Shown: piece after piece, positions 7,143 through 16,472 of the stretch
How positions within the stretch are numbered: the stretch's first letter is position 1
Layout of the letters: each line of letters begins with the position of its first letter
Origin: Candidatus Gastranaerophilales bacterium
Lineage (GTDB): Bacteria > Cyanobacteriota > Vampirovibrionia > Gastranaerophilales > Gastranaerophilaceae
Assembly (NCBI GenBank): GCA_944323045.1
Contig: CALUQX010000009.1
Location: 11,903 to 75,902, forward strand
Direction: 5' to 3'
DNA length: 64,000 nucleotides
The notes under the pieces: generated by a model
The model's database searches: none
What the model was told of the DNA's origin: nothing
What the model saw: only the letters and a program-made list of their open reading frames with translations
Translations under genes and position numbers: made by a program

Positions 7143-7997
7143 TTATTTAACTGCGCCCTCGTTTTCTCCCGAAATAAAATATCTCTGCATCGCAAGGAAA
7201 AATATTATTATAGGAATTGTTGAAAGTATTGAACCTGCAGCAATAAAACGCCAGTTGGAACTGAACATACCCTGCAAATTATTCACTCCAACAGGCAGCG
7301 TGTACATTGCCTCTTTAGTTAAAACAATACTTGGCCATAAAAACTCACCCCATGAGCCTATAAAGGTAAATATTGCAAGTACAGCCAGAGATGGCTTAAC
7401 CATTGGTAAAAGAACCTTTAAAAATATTTGAAATACATTGCAGCCGTCAATTATTGCCGCTTCTTCCATTTCTTTAGGTATACCCAAAAACGCCTGACGC
7501 ATAAGAAATATCCCGAAAGCACTCACAGCAAAAGGCATTATAAGCCCGATGAATCCTGCAATATTATTTACACTATCAACAAGATGAAGTTTAATCGTAA
7601 TCAAATATACAGGCAGCATAATCGCCTGAAAAGGTATCATAATCGTTGCAAGTATCGCAAAAAACGTCACCTTCTTGCCTCTAAATTCCATTCTCGCAAG
7701 CGGATACCCCGCCATTGCAGAAAGTATCAGATTTAATAAAACTGTCCCGCCTGCAACTATCATACTGTTTACAAAATACCCGATAAAATCTACCTTCTGC
7801 CATACACCGGAATAATTACTCCATGTAAAATCCGACGGAATAATCTGCGGCGGATACGCAAAAATATTTTCTGCATTGCCTTTTAATGAGGTTGAAATCA
7901 ACCAGATAAACGGGAAAATTGACAATAATGAAACAAAAATCAATACTGCATGTGTCCAAAATCCTGATATGTGTTTTTTCATCACGTCTAACTTCAT
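7143..7997 (-). CDS. ABC transporter permease (carbohydrate uptake type, MalG-like)
   Basis: Six predicted TM segments. The EAA loop motif (EEAAIIDGCNVFQIFLKVLLPMVKP) is typical of binding-protein-dependent permeases. Confidence 0.85.
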   Translation of the reverse strand: MKLDVMKKHISGFWTHAVLIFVSLLSIFPFIWLISTSLKGNAENIFAYPPQIIPSDFTWSNYSGVWQKVDFIGYFVNSMIVAGGTVLLNLILSAMAGYPLARMEFRGKKVTFFAILATIMIPFQAIMLPVYLITIKLHLVDSVNNIAGFIGLIMPFAVSAFGIFLMRQAFLGIPKEMEEAAIIDGCNVFQIFLKVLLPMVKPSLAVLAIFTFIGSWGEFLWPSIVLTKEAMYTLPVGVNNLQGMFSSNWRFIAAGSILSTIPIIIFFLAMQRYFISGENEGAVK

Positions 7998-8866
7998 AAC
8001 TGATACCTGTTCTTTTCAAAACAAAAAATATTTATACAAGAAAATATCATTACAATTACCAGAAGAACAACCGCCATAGCAGATGCCATTCCCAAATCCA
8101 GATTCTCAAACGCTTTCTCGTATATATAATAAACAATAGTTTTGCTGGAATTTAGCGGACCGCCTTTGGTCATAACATAAATTTCTGCAAAAACTTTCAT
8201 TGCGGAAATTGCACTGATTGTTGTGACAAGTGCAATTGTCGGCATTATATGCGGAATTGTCACGGTTAGATGTTTGGTTAAAAAATTAGCCCCGTCAATG
8301 TCGCACGCTTCGTATAATTCTTTTGGAACACTCATTAAAGCCGCAAGATAAATTATCATATAATAACCGATACCCTTCCATATTGTAACAATCACAACAG
8401 AAAGAAGAGCCCATTTTGTATCCGTAAGCCAACCGATTTTTTCAAATCCTAAAGATGTAACAAGATAATTCAAAATCCCCTGATCTGCATAAAGCCATTT
8501 GAAAGCAATTGCAGCAACTACAATAGAAACAATTACCGGCAGATAAATCAAAATTTTATATAAAGTTATGCCGCGGATTTTCTGGTTGATTAAAATAGCC
8601 AGAAACAGCGGTATAACAGCCAGCACCGGCACTGCTAGTATAAGGTATAAAAATGTGTTTATCAAAACTTTATAAAAAATCGGATTGTGAAAAAGATTTA
8701 TATAATTTTGGAGCCCGTAAAATTCCGGAGAATAAATATTTGATGAATAATCTAAAAAACTGAGGATAAATGTCTGGAAAAACGGTATAAAGAAAAATAC
8801 CAGTAAAACAATTCCTGCTGGCAGTAAAAAAAGATATGGTGCGTATTTCCCGTAATATTTAAACAT
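7994..8866 (-). CDS. ABC transporter permease (carbohydrate uptake type, MalF-like)
   Basis: EAA-like loop (YEACDIDGANFLTKHLTVTIPHIMP). 4-nt overlap with the downstream permease gene. Confidence 0.85.
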   Translation of the reverse strand: MFKYYGKYAPYLFLLPAGIVLLVFFFIPFFQTFILSFLDYSSNIYSPEFYGLQNYINLFHNPIFYKVLINTFLYLILAVPVLAVIPLFLAILINQKIRGITLYKILIYLPVIVSIVVAAIAFKWLYADQGILNYLVTSLGFEKIGWLTDTKWALLSVVIVTIWKGIGYYMIIYLAALMSVPKELYEACDIDGANFLTKHLTVTIPHIMPTIALVTTISAISAMKVFAEIYVMTKGGPLNSSKTIVYYIYEKAFENLDLGMASAMAVVLLVIVMIFSCINIFCFEKNRYQL

Positions 8867-8869
8867 CTT

Positions 8870-10024
8870 CTACTCCACCGGCGGTAAAAATACCCTGCCG
8901 CGATCCTGCGCCTCTACATAATCTTCATCAATATCTTCAAGGAAAATCTTTTTAGAACCGCATGTTTTAAGGTTTTTCATCATAGTTTTATCGAGTTCAT
9001 CCGCAGAAACTAAGCGTCCGTCTACATAAGTTAGATTTCTATTTAAGAGTTGTTCTTTACTTAAGGCTTCAACAAAGTACTGCTGACCTTTTTCAGCTAT
9101 GTATTCTCTTGTTACATCGTTCATAACATCAAATATATATCTTTGGCGGTTAGTTGCGCCTTCGCTGTCCGTAATAAGTGAGGTTGCTTTTTCCATTTCA
9201 TCAAGCGATTCTTTATAATATTTCAAATGTCTTAAGAGCACTGCCAGATTGTAATGCGCTTCATAACTCATTGGAGAAAGCTGAATCGCTTTACAATAAG
9301 TTAATCCGGCATTGTGATAATCCCCCAGCAGGTGATAAGTCAAGGCTAAATTGTAACGCGCATCATAATCTTTTTTCAGAATTTTTACTGCCTTTTTGTA
9401 AGCGTCAAGCGCATCAGTCAAATACTTATGTCTCAATCCCCAGTCATCATCATTCAAATAAAGTGATTTTTGTTTATAAGCAATACCCATGTTGTAGTAT
9501 GCGCGTCCTTTATTAATTTTTGTACTGCGCCTGTTGTTATAAATAAAAGGAATTGATAAAAGATGACGTTTAGTATTCAATATAGCATTGTACTGCTGAA
9601 TAGCTCCGTCAAAATCCCCCAGTTTTTCAGCAGAAACTATCCCGTAATTCATCCTTGCTTTGACAAATTTCGGGTTGTGTTCAATAGCCTGTTCGTAAGC
9701 ATCAACCGCTGAATAGTAATCTTCAAATACCACATACAAATTACCGAGGTTGCACCATGCACTATAGTGTTCCGGATACAACTGCAGTCCTCTGTTATAA
9801 TAATCAATTGCCTTTTGCAATTTCATTTTGCGGTATGCTTTATCACCTTTGTGAACATAATACATCCCCTGAATCTTATGTAACTGGTGTTCAAAAAAAT
9901 TCGGGAAAAGATATACAAGTCCCGCCATAATTGCACAGGTAATTATAAATGCTAAAAAAGAAAGAAACTTTTTCAATTTAAACCTCTCTTCTAATATATT
10001 ATAAAATATGTGCAGAATGGGCAA
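8870..10024 (-). CDS. TPR-repeat protein with N-terminal membrane anchor
   Basis: Repeated 34-aa A..Y..A......P....A..NLG-type motifs (YNLALTYHLLGDY, HYNLAVLL). Hydrophobic N-terminal helix. Confidence 0.7.
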   Translation of the reverse strand: MPILHIFYNILEERFKLKKFLSFLAFIITCAIMAGLVYLFPNFFEHQLHKIQGMYYVHKGDKAYRKMKLQKAIDYYNRGLQLYPEHYSAWCNLGNLYVVFEDYYSAVDAYEQAIEHNPKFVKARMNYGIVSAEKLGDFDGAIQQYNAILNTKRHLLSIPFIYNNRRSTKINKGRAYYNMGIAYKQKSLYLNDDDWGLRHKYLTDALDAYKKAVKILKKDYDARYNLALTYHLLGDYHNAGLTYCKAIQLSPMSYEAHYNLAVLLRHLKYYKESLDEMEKATSLITDSEGATNRQRYIFDVMNDVTREYIAEKGQQYFVEALSKEQLLNRNLTYVDGRLVSADELDKTMMKNLKTCGSKKIFLEDIDEDYVEAQDRGRVFLPPVE

Positions 10025-10171
10025 ATATGTAAAGCATAACTCTGTTTAAAAAAGTAGAGTTACAGAAGTTTTGTTACAATTTCTTAATATATTTATTACA
10101 ATCCGCAATTTAAGAGTCACAAAATTGTTTATATAAGTAAGGTAGGTTAGACTCAAATTGGAGGTTAGGTT

Positions 10172-10999
10172 ATGGCAGGCGAAAATGTAGCCGCAACAAA
10201 TAGTGTAGGTTATACCGGCATGTCACCGTGGATGATGAGTAATTATGCAAATCAGGTAATGATGAATGATTTGTTTGACACTATGGGATATGGCGGTTTC
10301 GGAATGACAGATCCTATGATGAGTATGAACGGAAGTTTGTTCCCATACTGGGGCGGAACTAATACTGATGCCTGGATGGAAAACATGGACAAGTGGCAGG
10401 ATTATTCAATTGACCGACGAATCCGCTATCAGGAACAAACGAGAAATGCTGATTTAAGACTTAATTCACCAATGGAAGGTATCCATGAAGCTGGAGCAGC
10501 ATTAAAAGAAAAAATTCATAAAGATGAACAAGAACAAATTCTTCAAGCACTGGAACATTACAAAGAGGCTGTAAAAGCAGCTTTTCCAGCCGGAACAGAT
10601 GCTGATATTGCTAATCGTGCAAGAAGTATGTATAAACAAATGTTCGGAGTAGATATGGTTGATGACATTCGTGAAAACGGCAAAGACTCATTTACTCAAG
10701 GTTTTATACAAGCGTTGACATTTGGCTTAGCAGATAATAAGACAGCAGAAGAAAACATTGCCGATATAACACATCAACCTGTGGGACGCGGCGATCAGAC
10801 TAAAAAGATTCTCGGACGCGCATCAGGTGGCGCAGTAATCGGCGGTACAGGTGCATATCTGTTAAGTTTAAGCAAACATTTCAAATTCTTAGGCAAGAGC
10901 AAACCGCTTATTATAGCAGGTATAGGTGCTGTACTCGCAGGGTTAAGTGCACTTGCCGGAGGAGTTAAATCTGATACAGTAGTTGAACAACAATCATAA
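10172..10999 (+). CDS. hypothetical Met/Gly-rich protein with C-terminal TM segments
   Basis: GGAGG RBS. Low-complexity M/G/N N-terminus; hydrophobic Gly-rich C-terminus. Confidence 0.45.
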   Translation: MAGENVAATNSVGYTGMSPWMMSNYANQVMMNDLFDTMGYGGFGMTDPMMSMNGSLFPYWGGTNTDAWMENMDKWQDYSIDRRIRYQEQTRNADLRLNSPMEGIHEAGAALKEKIHKDEQEQILQALEHYKEAVKAAFPAGTDADIANRARSMYKQMFGVDMVDDIRENGKDSFTQGFIQALTFGLADNKTAEENIADITHQPVGRGDQTKKILGRASGGAVIGGTGAYLLSLSKHFKFLGKSKPLIIAGIGAVLAGLSALAGGVKSDTVVEQQS

Positions 11000-11032
11000 A
11001 TCCAAGTAGTGTGAATAAATTTAGTGTGTGTT

Positions 11033-11061
11033 AGAGGTTGGAAAAACAGCCTCTTTTTTTT
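11033..11061 (+). terminator. Rho-independent terminator
   Basis: AGAGGTTGGAAAAACAGCCTCT hairpin followed by a T8 run. Confidence 0.7.
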
Positions 11062-11146
11062 GCGTATACTACTGTTTTTTTACCCGTACGGGGAATGGAT
11101 ATTCTGAAAGATTGAGATACCTTTTTAATGATATGAGGATTTAAAT

Positions 11147-11722
11147 ATGATTAGATTTATTTTTGCACTTGTTATGTTGATGAATATCCAACTTGTAATA
11201 GCAGCACCGCGGTATGTGACTACATATAGCCAGAATCCAAATCAGTATTGTAGTTTTGCCGGTCAAAACAGAAATATTTCAAGATTGGAGAATAGAGTTT
11301 TTAACCGGACATATAATTATGACACACCGGAAGAGCGTATTTCAAGGTTAGAACGTCAGATGTTCGGAGCTACGCAATCAGGTGATTTAAAAACGCGGCT
11401 TGCGAAAGTAAAAAGGGCAAGTTCGCATATGAATAAACCTGTATATGATTACTCTGGTTATGATAATTATTACACCTCGCCGATAGCCGCAGGCAGCGGG
11501 TGGAAAAGTATAATGCATTCATTCGGGAATTATATGATGGGCGGAGTACCGACAGGAATAACACCGCAGATGGATCCTGCATATATGGATTATTTTGAGG
11601 CGCAAAGAGAAGCTATGAAATTCAATGACGGTGGCAATTACCGCGATGTACGAACAAATCACGGCTGGCGAAGACACAATGTGCGCCGCGGCAGCTCCAC
11701 AGGCGTGACAATTATAGATTAA
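11147..11722 (+). CDS. hypothetical secreted protein
   Basis: N-terminal signal-peptide-like segment (MIRFIFALVMLMNIQLVIAAP). No catalytic motif recognised. Confidence 0.45.
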   Translation: MIRFIFALVMLMNIQLVIAAPRYVTTYSQNPNQYCSFAGQNRNISRLENRVFNRTYNYDTPEERISRLERQMFGATQSGDLKTRLAKVKRASSHMNKPVYDYSGYDNYYTSPIAAGSGWKSIMHSFGNYMMGGVPTGITPQMDPAYMDYFEAQREAMKFNDGGNYRDVRTNHGWRRHNVRRGSSTGVTIID

Positions 11723-11846
11723 TTCTAGCAAAGTCGTAGATGATACTTGAGCATTGTTTTAATTGGAATAAGTGAAATGTTTTTTTCGCTTTTGTAGTTT
11801 TAATTTCTAACAGTTTGAGGTTCCAATAGCAGTTCAACTATGGCAT

Positions 11847-12089
11847 TTATCCCTGCATTAAATCATCATAATTTATATTATGTGCGCGGGCGTAATCTAT
11901 AAATTCTTTTTCTTTTTTGGAAACTCGTATCCGAAATTCCAAAACATTACCGGTCTTTGGTTTACGTCCGGCGTTCTCACGCTTTCCGCCCCATTTTAAT
12001 ATTGCTTTGTCTATATTTTCACGAATTTTTTGTTGACGCTCCAGTGGTAATTGATTGATTAAATCATCTGTTGTAATTTTGTTTCTCAT
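11847..12089 (-). CDS. putative antitoxin / small DNA-binding protein
   Basis: 4-nt overlap with the upstream RelE/Gp49-like gene. Basic GGKRENAGRKPK segment. Confidence 0.4.
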   Translation of the reverse strand: MRNKITTDDLINQLPLERQQKIRENIDKAILKWGGKRENAGRKPKTGNVLEFRIRVSKKEKEFIDYARAHNINYDDLMQG

Positions 12090-12430
12090 AATAGTAATTC
12101 CTTATTAGCTTCTAAATATCTGTCTATATTTCGGTGCGCTTGTTCTATATATCTTTTAGGTGCTTTTTGCGTTTTTTTCAATACAATAAATCCTATAATT
12201 ATTATTTTTTTCTTTGCATATTTAAAGTAAGCTCTTACGCCACTTGGTTTTATTTCATATAGCCCATCACCTGGCGAATTTATATTTTTGTATTTTGTGC
12301 CTATTTCTTCAAATACCTTTATTGCCTCCAATATTTTGTCCTGACTTTTTTCATCAAGTGCACTATATTGTTCAAGGGCTTCGTCTGTGTATTCTGCAAT
12401 AAATTGTGCCATAATTTCACCTGAATCCAT
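12086..12430 (-). CDS. RelE/ParE-superfamily toxin (phage Gp49-like)
   Basis: Size and motifs (LYEIKPSGVRAYFKY...IIIIGFIVLKKTQKAP) resemble Gp49/HigB-like killer proteins. Paired with a small downstream gene. Confidence 0.55.
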   Translation of the reverse strand: MDSGEIMAQFIAEYTDEALEQYSALDEKSQDKILEAIKVFEEIGTKYKNINSPGDGLYEIKPSGVRAYFKYAKKKIIIIGFIVLKKTQKAPKRYIEQAHRNIDRYLEANKELLL

Positions 12431-12534
12431 TTATATTATACTTGATTTCGTCCCAAAAATCAAGTATCTGAAAGAATTAATTTACAATGATTAATCTTAC
12501 GAAAAATAGAGAGGTTATATTGTGGAAAAGTAAC

Positions 12535-12710
12535 GTGAGTATTGCGTGTGCCGTTGTTGCGAAGTAATCAGGCAACGCTTAAATCTTGCATTGCCTGATT
12601 TTATTAACGAACTTATTGTATTAGCGCCCTAATGTCTTTTTCAAAACAACAGTACACTGTTCACCGGTCACTGAACAATTGGCGCAGTAGTGACAGCATC
12701 CTAAAAATTT
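12535..12710. repeat. mosaic repeat fragment downstream of prepilin gene P4
   Basis: GTGAGT unit, AATCAGGCAACGC...GCATTGCCTGATTTT terminator-like hairpin and GTTCAC units, shared with the other mosaic regions. Confidence 0.6.
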
Positions 12711-12827
12711 GAAAAATATATTAAATCCTTAAGGAAAAATTAATTATTTACGGAACAATGAATAGTAATGGAGAATTAGTAACCACCGCCATGCGATAAA
12801 ATAGTATAATTCGATAAATTTATAACC

Positions 12828-13820
12828 TTATTGCAAGTTTGTTGCACATAATATATTGTGCTTTTCTTCAGGAGTGTATCCATACCCACCATGCCAGCTA
12901 AAACATTTACACATGCGTTTACTGGAATTTTCAAAATAACTTGTTTCATTACCCCAATAGCAACTATCTGTAGGAAAAGGAATGCCATTATCCTCTATGT
13001 CATCGTGTAAATCTGACATATAGCTAAATGATAATGTTTGCATATTGGCGGCTTGACATATTTTTTCATAATCATACCAACTACTTTTTCCCATGTAAAC
13101 AAAACATTTATTATCAAATTCCAGGTCACATCCACTGGAAAAACGTGCTCCATTAAAACTTCTAATATCATTAATATTTTCACTATTAGTTTCTCGGTTA
13201 GGTGATTTTGCGCCGTTTACATCCGTAATATATGCTATCATATTTGTGCTATCAGATGTATATGCATACTCTTTGCTTTTGTTTTTACTGATTTTTATTG
13301 ATTTTTTAGTCCATTGTGGTGCTGATGTTGCATATACAGGTGATGACTGTGTATTATAGTTTAAAATTATGGATGTTCCATCTGCAAGTATTAACCCAAC
13401 ATTGTCAGTGGAATATCCATCGCCAAGACTTAAATTTTTACCTGTTTTTGCACGGCTAACATCAAACTCATTACCGTCATTATCAATAATTTTTGATGTA
13501 GACCAGCATGCCGCAATGTTATTTTTATTACATCTTTTTATTATTTTCAAATGTTTTTGTAAATTATCCACAAATTCATCTGTACTGTTATATGTAGTTT
13601 CTAACTCACCGAGAGCACGCATTTTATCAACAGCTTGCGTAATTTTATATGCAACATTAGCTTCTTTATTTGCCCATACAGTTGCAGTTATATTTTTCAT
13701 AATATTAGGTATTGTTATTGCTGCTACTACCCCGATTATCGCCATTGTAATAAGTACCTCTGCAAGTGTAAATGCTATTTCATGATTCTGTTTGTTAATC
13801 TGATTTTTTACAATTTTCAT
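12828..13820 (-). CDS. prepilin-type N-terminal methylation-domain protein (P4)
   Basis: MKIVKNQINKQNHEI-AFTLAEVLITMAIIGVVAAITIPNI. DVNGAKSPN motif shared with the other paralogs. Cys-rich C-terminal domain. Confidence 0.8.
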   Translation of the reverse strand: MKIVKNQINKQNHEIAFTLAEVLITMAIIGVVAAITIPNIMKNITATVWANKEANVAYKITQAVDKMRALGELETTYNSTDEFVDNLQKHLKIIKRCNKNNIAACWSTSKIIDNDGNEFDVSRAKTGKNLSLGDGYSTDNVGLILADGTSIILNYNTQSSPVYATSAPQWTKKSIKISKNKSKEYAYTSDSTNMIAYITDVNGAKSPNRETNSENINDIRSFNGARFSSGCDLEFDNKCFVYMGKSSWYDYEKICQAANMQTLSFSYMSDLHDDIEDNGIPFPTDSCYWGNETSYFENSSKRMCKCFSWHGGYGYTPEEKHNILCATNLQ

Positions 13821-13927
13821 CCTTTAACCTCCAAAATGATGTATAAATTTATTGGCATGACTTATAAATCAATATACATGAATTATAAATCATTTTTCAT
13901 ATTTGTCAAGGAAGGTAAAATGTTCAA

Positions 13928-14161
13928 ATGGAAAGAGAAAAAATAGTAAAGCTTTTTGCAGACAATCTGCGTGCCGAACGAGCCCGCAAGTATTATACGC
14001 AGGAATATTTAGCAGAATGTGCCGGCATTTCAACAGAATATCTCGCAAGAATAGAAGGCGGTAAATTCTCACCGTCGCTGGTTGTCATTGTTAATCTTGC
14101 CCTTGCATTAGGTGTCGCCATTGACAAACTCATTCCGCTTGACGAATTAAATAAAAAATGA
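13928..14161 (+). CDS. XRE-family helix-turn-helix transcriptional regulator
   Basis: YTQEYLAECAGISTEYLARIEGGKFSPSL matches the Cro/C1-type HTH pattern. Divergent from P4 across 107 bp. Confidence 0.8.
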   Translation: MEREKIVKLFADNLRAERARKYYTQEYLAECAGISTEYLARIEGGKFSPSLVVIVNLALALGVAIDKLIPLDELNKK

Positions 14162-14170
14162 ACTTGTCTG

Positions 14171-14935
14171 CTAAACTTCCTGCAAAATATCAGTTGAATG
14201 GAATTTCTTAGAGGAATGAAGCTGGATATATTTTTTCAAAAGCTCAAAACAAACAACACAAACCTTTTCGTTTGCAAGTTTTTCGTATTCTGATTGATAG
14301 TCAAAGTCGAATTGTAAAAGGGCATTCAAAAATTCACGTATTTTGTGATGCATGACTGTTTTATACCCGAAGTTTTCGTTACAGCGTGCACAAATAATTC
14401 CGCCCATTTTATCCGAGAAAAACATTTTTTCGTCTTTTATATGTTCTCCACAGCAGAGACAACATTCCAACTCTACGCCAAAACCTGAAATTTGCATCAT
14501 TTTTAGTTGAAATTTCAAAACCGAAAGCAGAATTTCGACTTTATTTTCTGCATTAGAAATTTTTTCAAGCGCTTTGTATAAAAGTTCGTAAACTTCTTTT
14601 GAACACGGGTCTTCTTCAACCCCGAAATTATTCACGACCTCGGAAATATACATTGAATAGAATATTTTATCCATGTTCTGGCGGATTTTATGGAAGGTGT
14701 TCAATGCCTCAGCCTGACAGATAGTATCCATGTTTTTGCCTTTGTAGAGCATCAATTTATTCGCGACGAGCAAATCCATCCGCGCGCCGAGCTTGCTTTT
14801 AGGCTTTTTAACCCCTTTGGCAACACCACGTATCAGCCCCTTGTCTTTTGAATACATGACAATAATTTTGTCAGCTTCACTAAGGTTATAAGATTTTAAA
14901 TTTATTGCATCAGTAACAAAGTTATTCATACACAA
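14171..14935 (-). CDS. recO: DNA repair protein RecO
   Basis: N-terminal OB-fold pattern (AINLKSYNLSEADKIIVMYSKDKGLIRGVAKG) and a central CxxC...CxxC zinc motif (CCLCCG...CARC). Confidence 0.8.
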   Translation of the reverse strand: MCMNNFVTDAINLKSYNLSEADKIIVMYSKDKGLIRGVAKGVKKPKSKLGARMDLLVANKLMLYKGKNMDTICQAEALNTFHKIRQNMDKIFYSMYISEVVNNFGVEEDPCSKEVYELLYKALEKISNAENKVEILLSVLKFQLKMMQISGFGVELECCLCCGEHIKDEKMFFSDKMGGIICARCNENFGYKTVMHHKIREFLNALLQFDFDYQSEYEKLANEKVCVVCFELLKKYIQLHSSKKFHSTDILQEV

Positions 14936-16036
14936 CTATCCTTGTGCAGCAAAAGTTCCGTGGTAAACGCCGCGCAGCGCCTGCTGTAATTCATTTTTAT
15001 TATCTGAAAATTCTAAAGCAGTTTCCGGTGTTATGTATCCGGCTTTGCAAAGCTGGTACAAAGAAGTGTTCATTGTAATCATTTTGTTGAATGAACCTTT
15101 TTTAACCAGATCATAAATCTCTTCTAATTCATCTTTTACAATAAAATCTTTTACAGTAGAAGTGCACACAAGAATTTCACATGCCGGACGTCTGCCAGTA
15201 CCGTCTTGAGTAGGTACGAGTTTTTGAGAGACAGTACCGCGTAATATTTGTGCTAGCTGTTCTCTTACAAATTGTCTGTCTCCCGGGTCGAACATATTTA
15301 CAATACGGTTAACTGTTTGTACAGCATCATTAGTGTGGATTGTTGCGTATACGAGGTGACCGGTTTCAGCAGCTTTGAGGGCGCTGATAATTGTTTCTTT
15401 ATCTCTTATTTCGCCGATAAATATAACATCAGGATCCTGACGCAATGCGTATTTTACCCCGTCAGGGAAAGACGGAGTATCAAGTAGAATCTGTCTTTGA
15501 GAGACAATACTCATATTGTTGGTAAAGATAAATTCAACCGGATCTTCTATTGTAATAATATGTTTTGCATAGTGATTGTTAATATAGTCAATCAAAGATG
15601 CGATAGTTGTAGATTTTCCGCTGCCTGTCGGACCTGTAATAAGTACAAGACCGTTATTTAGCATCGAAAACTGACTCATAGCAGCAGGAAGATTTAATTC
15701 TTTAATATCTTTGATTTTATAAGGAATAACACGAATAGCAAGCGCTCTGTGGTTCAACTGTCTGCTTGTGTTTACCCTGAAACGTGAACAGCCCGGTATT
15801 TCAAAAGAAAAGTCGAGGTCAAGATATTGTTCATAATTAGATTTTAAATGTTTTGGAACAAGCGTTTCCAAACTTCTATTAAGGTCATCATCGGTCAGTG
15901 TCGGCATTTCAGTAAATTTAAAAATTTCACCGTCTTTTCTCATGCACGGGTATTCTTCTACATACAGGTGTGCGTCCGATGCACCTATCGCAACAATGTT
16001 CCTTAAAAATTCTATTATATCAAAATCTTTCATCAT
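14936..16036 (-). CDS. pilT: type IV pilus twitching-motility ATPase PilT
   Basis: Walker A GPTGSGKST, Asp box, Walker B (DPDVIFIGEIRD), His box and the PilT signature AxxTGHLVxxTxHT. Start set at MMKDF (GGGAGA RBS) rather than the ORF-track start 16069. Confidence 0.9.
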   Translation of the reverse strand: MMKDFDIIEFLRNIVAIGASDAHLYVEEYPCMRKDGEIFKFTEMPTLTDDDLNRSLETLVPKHLKSNYEQYLDLDFSFEIPGCSRFRVNTSRQLNHRALAIRVIPYKIKDIKELNLPAAMSQFSMLNNGLVLITGPTGSGKSTTIASLIDYINNHYAKHIITIEDPVEFIFTNNMSIVSQRQILLDTPSFPDGVKYALRQDPDVIFIGEIRDKETIISALKAAETGHLVYATIHTNDAVQTVNRIVNMFDPGDRQFVREQLAQILRGTVSQKLVPTQDGTGRRPACEILVCTSTVKDFIVKDELEEIYDLVKKGSFNKMITMNTSLYQLCKAGYITPETALEFSDNKNELQQALRGVYHGTFAAQG

Positions 16037-16336
16037 ACTTCTCCCATAATACAGAATTATAACATCCAAATTATGCTTGGCAAAAATGCAAAGTTATGTA
16101 AAGCGGTAGGGTAATAACAAATTTATTTGTAACAAAAGTTTAACAAAAGACATAACACTGGCAATTTTTATCCGCCGAAATACTTTATTAAAATGTAAGG
16201 GAAATTTAAGATTAATAAAAAGGATTTTAATTGGATATTTAGAATAATCAAATAATTCTTCACGATGTAAGAAAAAAGATTATAAGAAAAGTTTATTTTT
16301 ATACTCTCTCTCTTAATATCCTCGTGTTTATTTAAT

Positions 16337-16370
16337 GTTGCCACTATTCATAATGGCAACTTTTTCTTTT
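16337..16370 (+). terminator. orphan terminator-like hairpin in a 400-bp intergenic region
   Basis: GTTGCCACTATTCATAATGGCAAC followed by TTTTTCTTTT. No annotated plus-strand gene lies upstream. Confidence 0.4.
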
Positions 16371-16426
16371 GTTATACGAGACACTAAAATAAACTGTATA
16401 TTCGTATTAATAGCTATATATCAGGC

Positions 16427-16455
16427 TTGACAAAGTGTCGTAAATTTGATACACT
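16427..16455 (+). promoter_or_regulatory. sigma-70-like promoter of the killer/antidote pair
   Basis: TTGACA, 17 nt, TACACT, ending 17 nt upstream of ATG 16473. Confidence 0.4.
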
Positions 16456-16472
16456 ATTATTAGGATAACGAA

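Noticed and set aside
13903-13910. Shared (T/A)TGTCAAG motif upstream of the small HTH genes (13903, 19676, 56859) as a common operator or promoter element
   Set aside because: The spacing to the start codon is the same at two loci (24 nt) but differs at the third, and the motif is absent or degenerate at 33390 and 49710. This is too weak to call without a genome-wide motif search.
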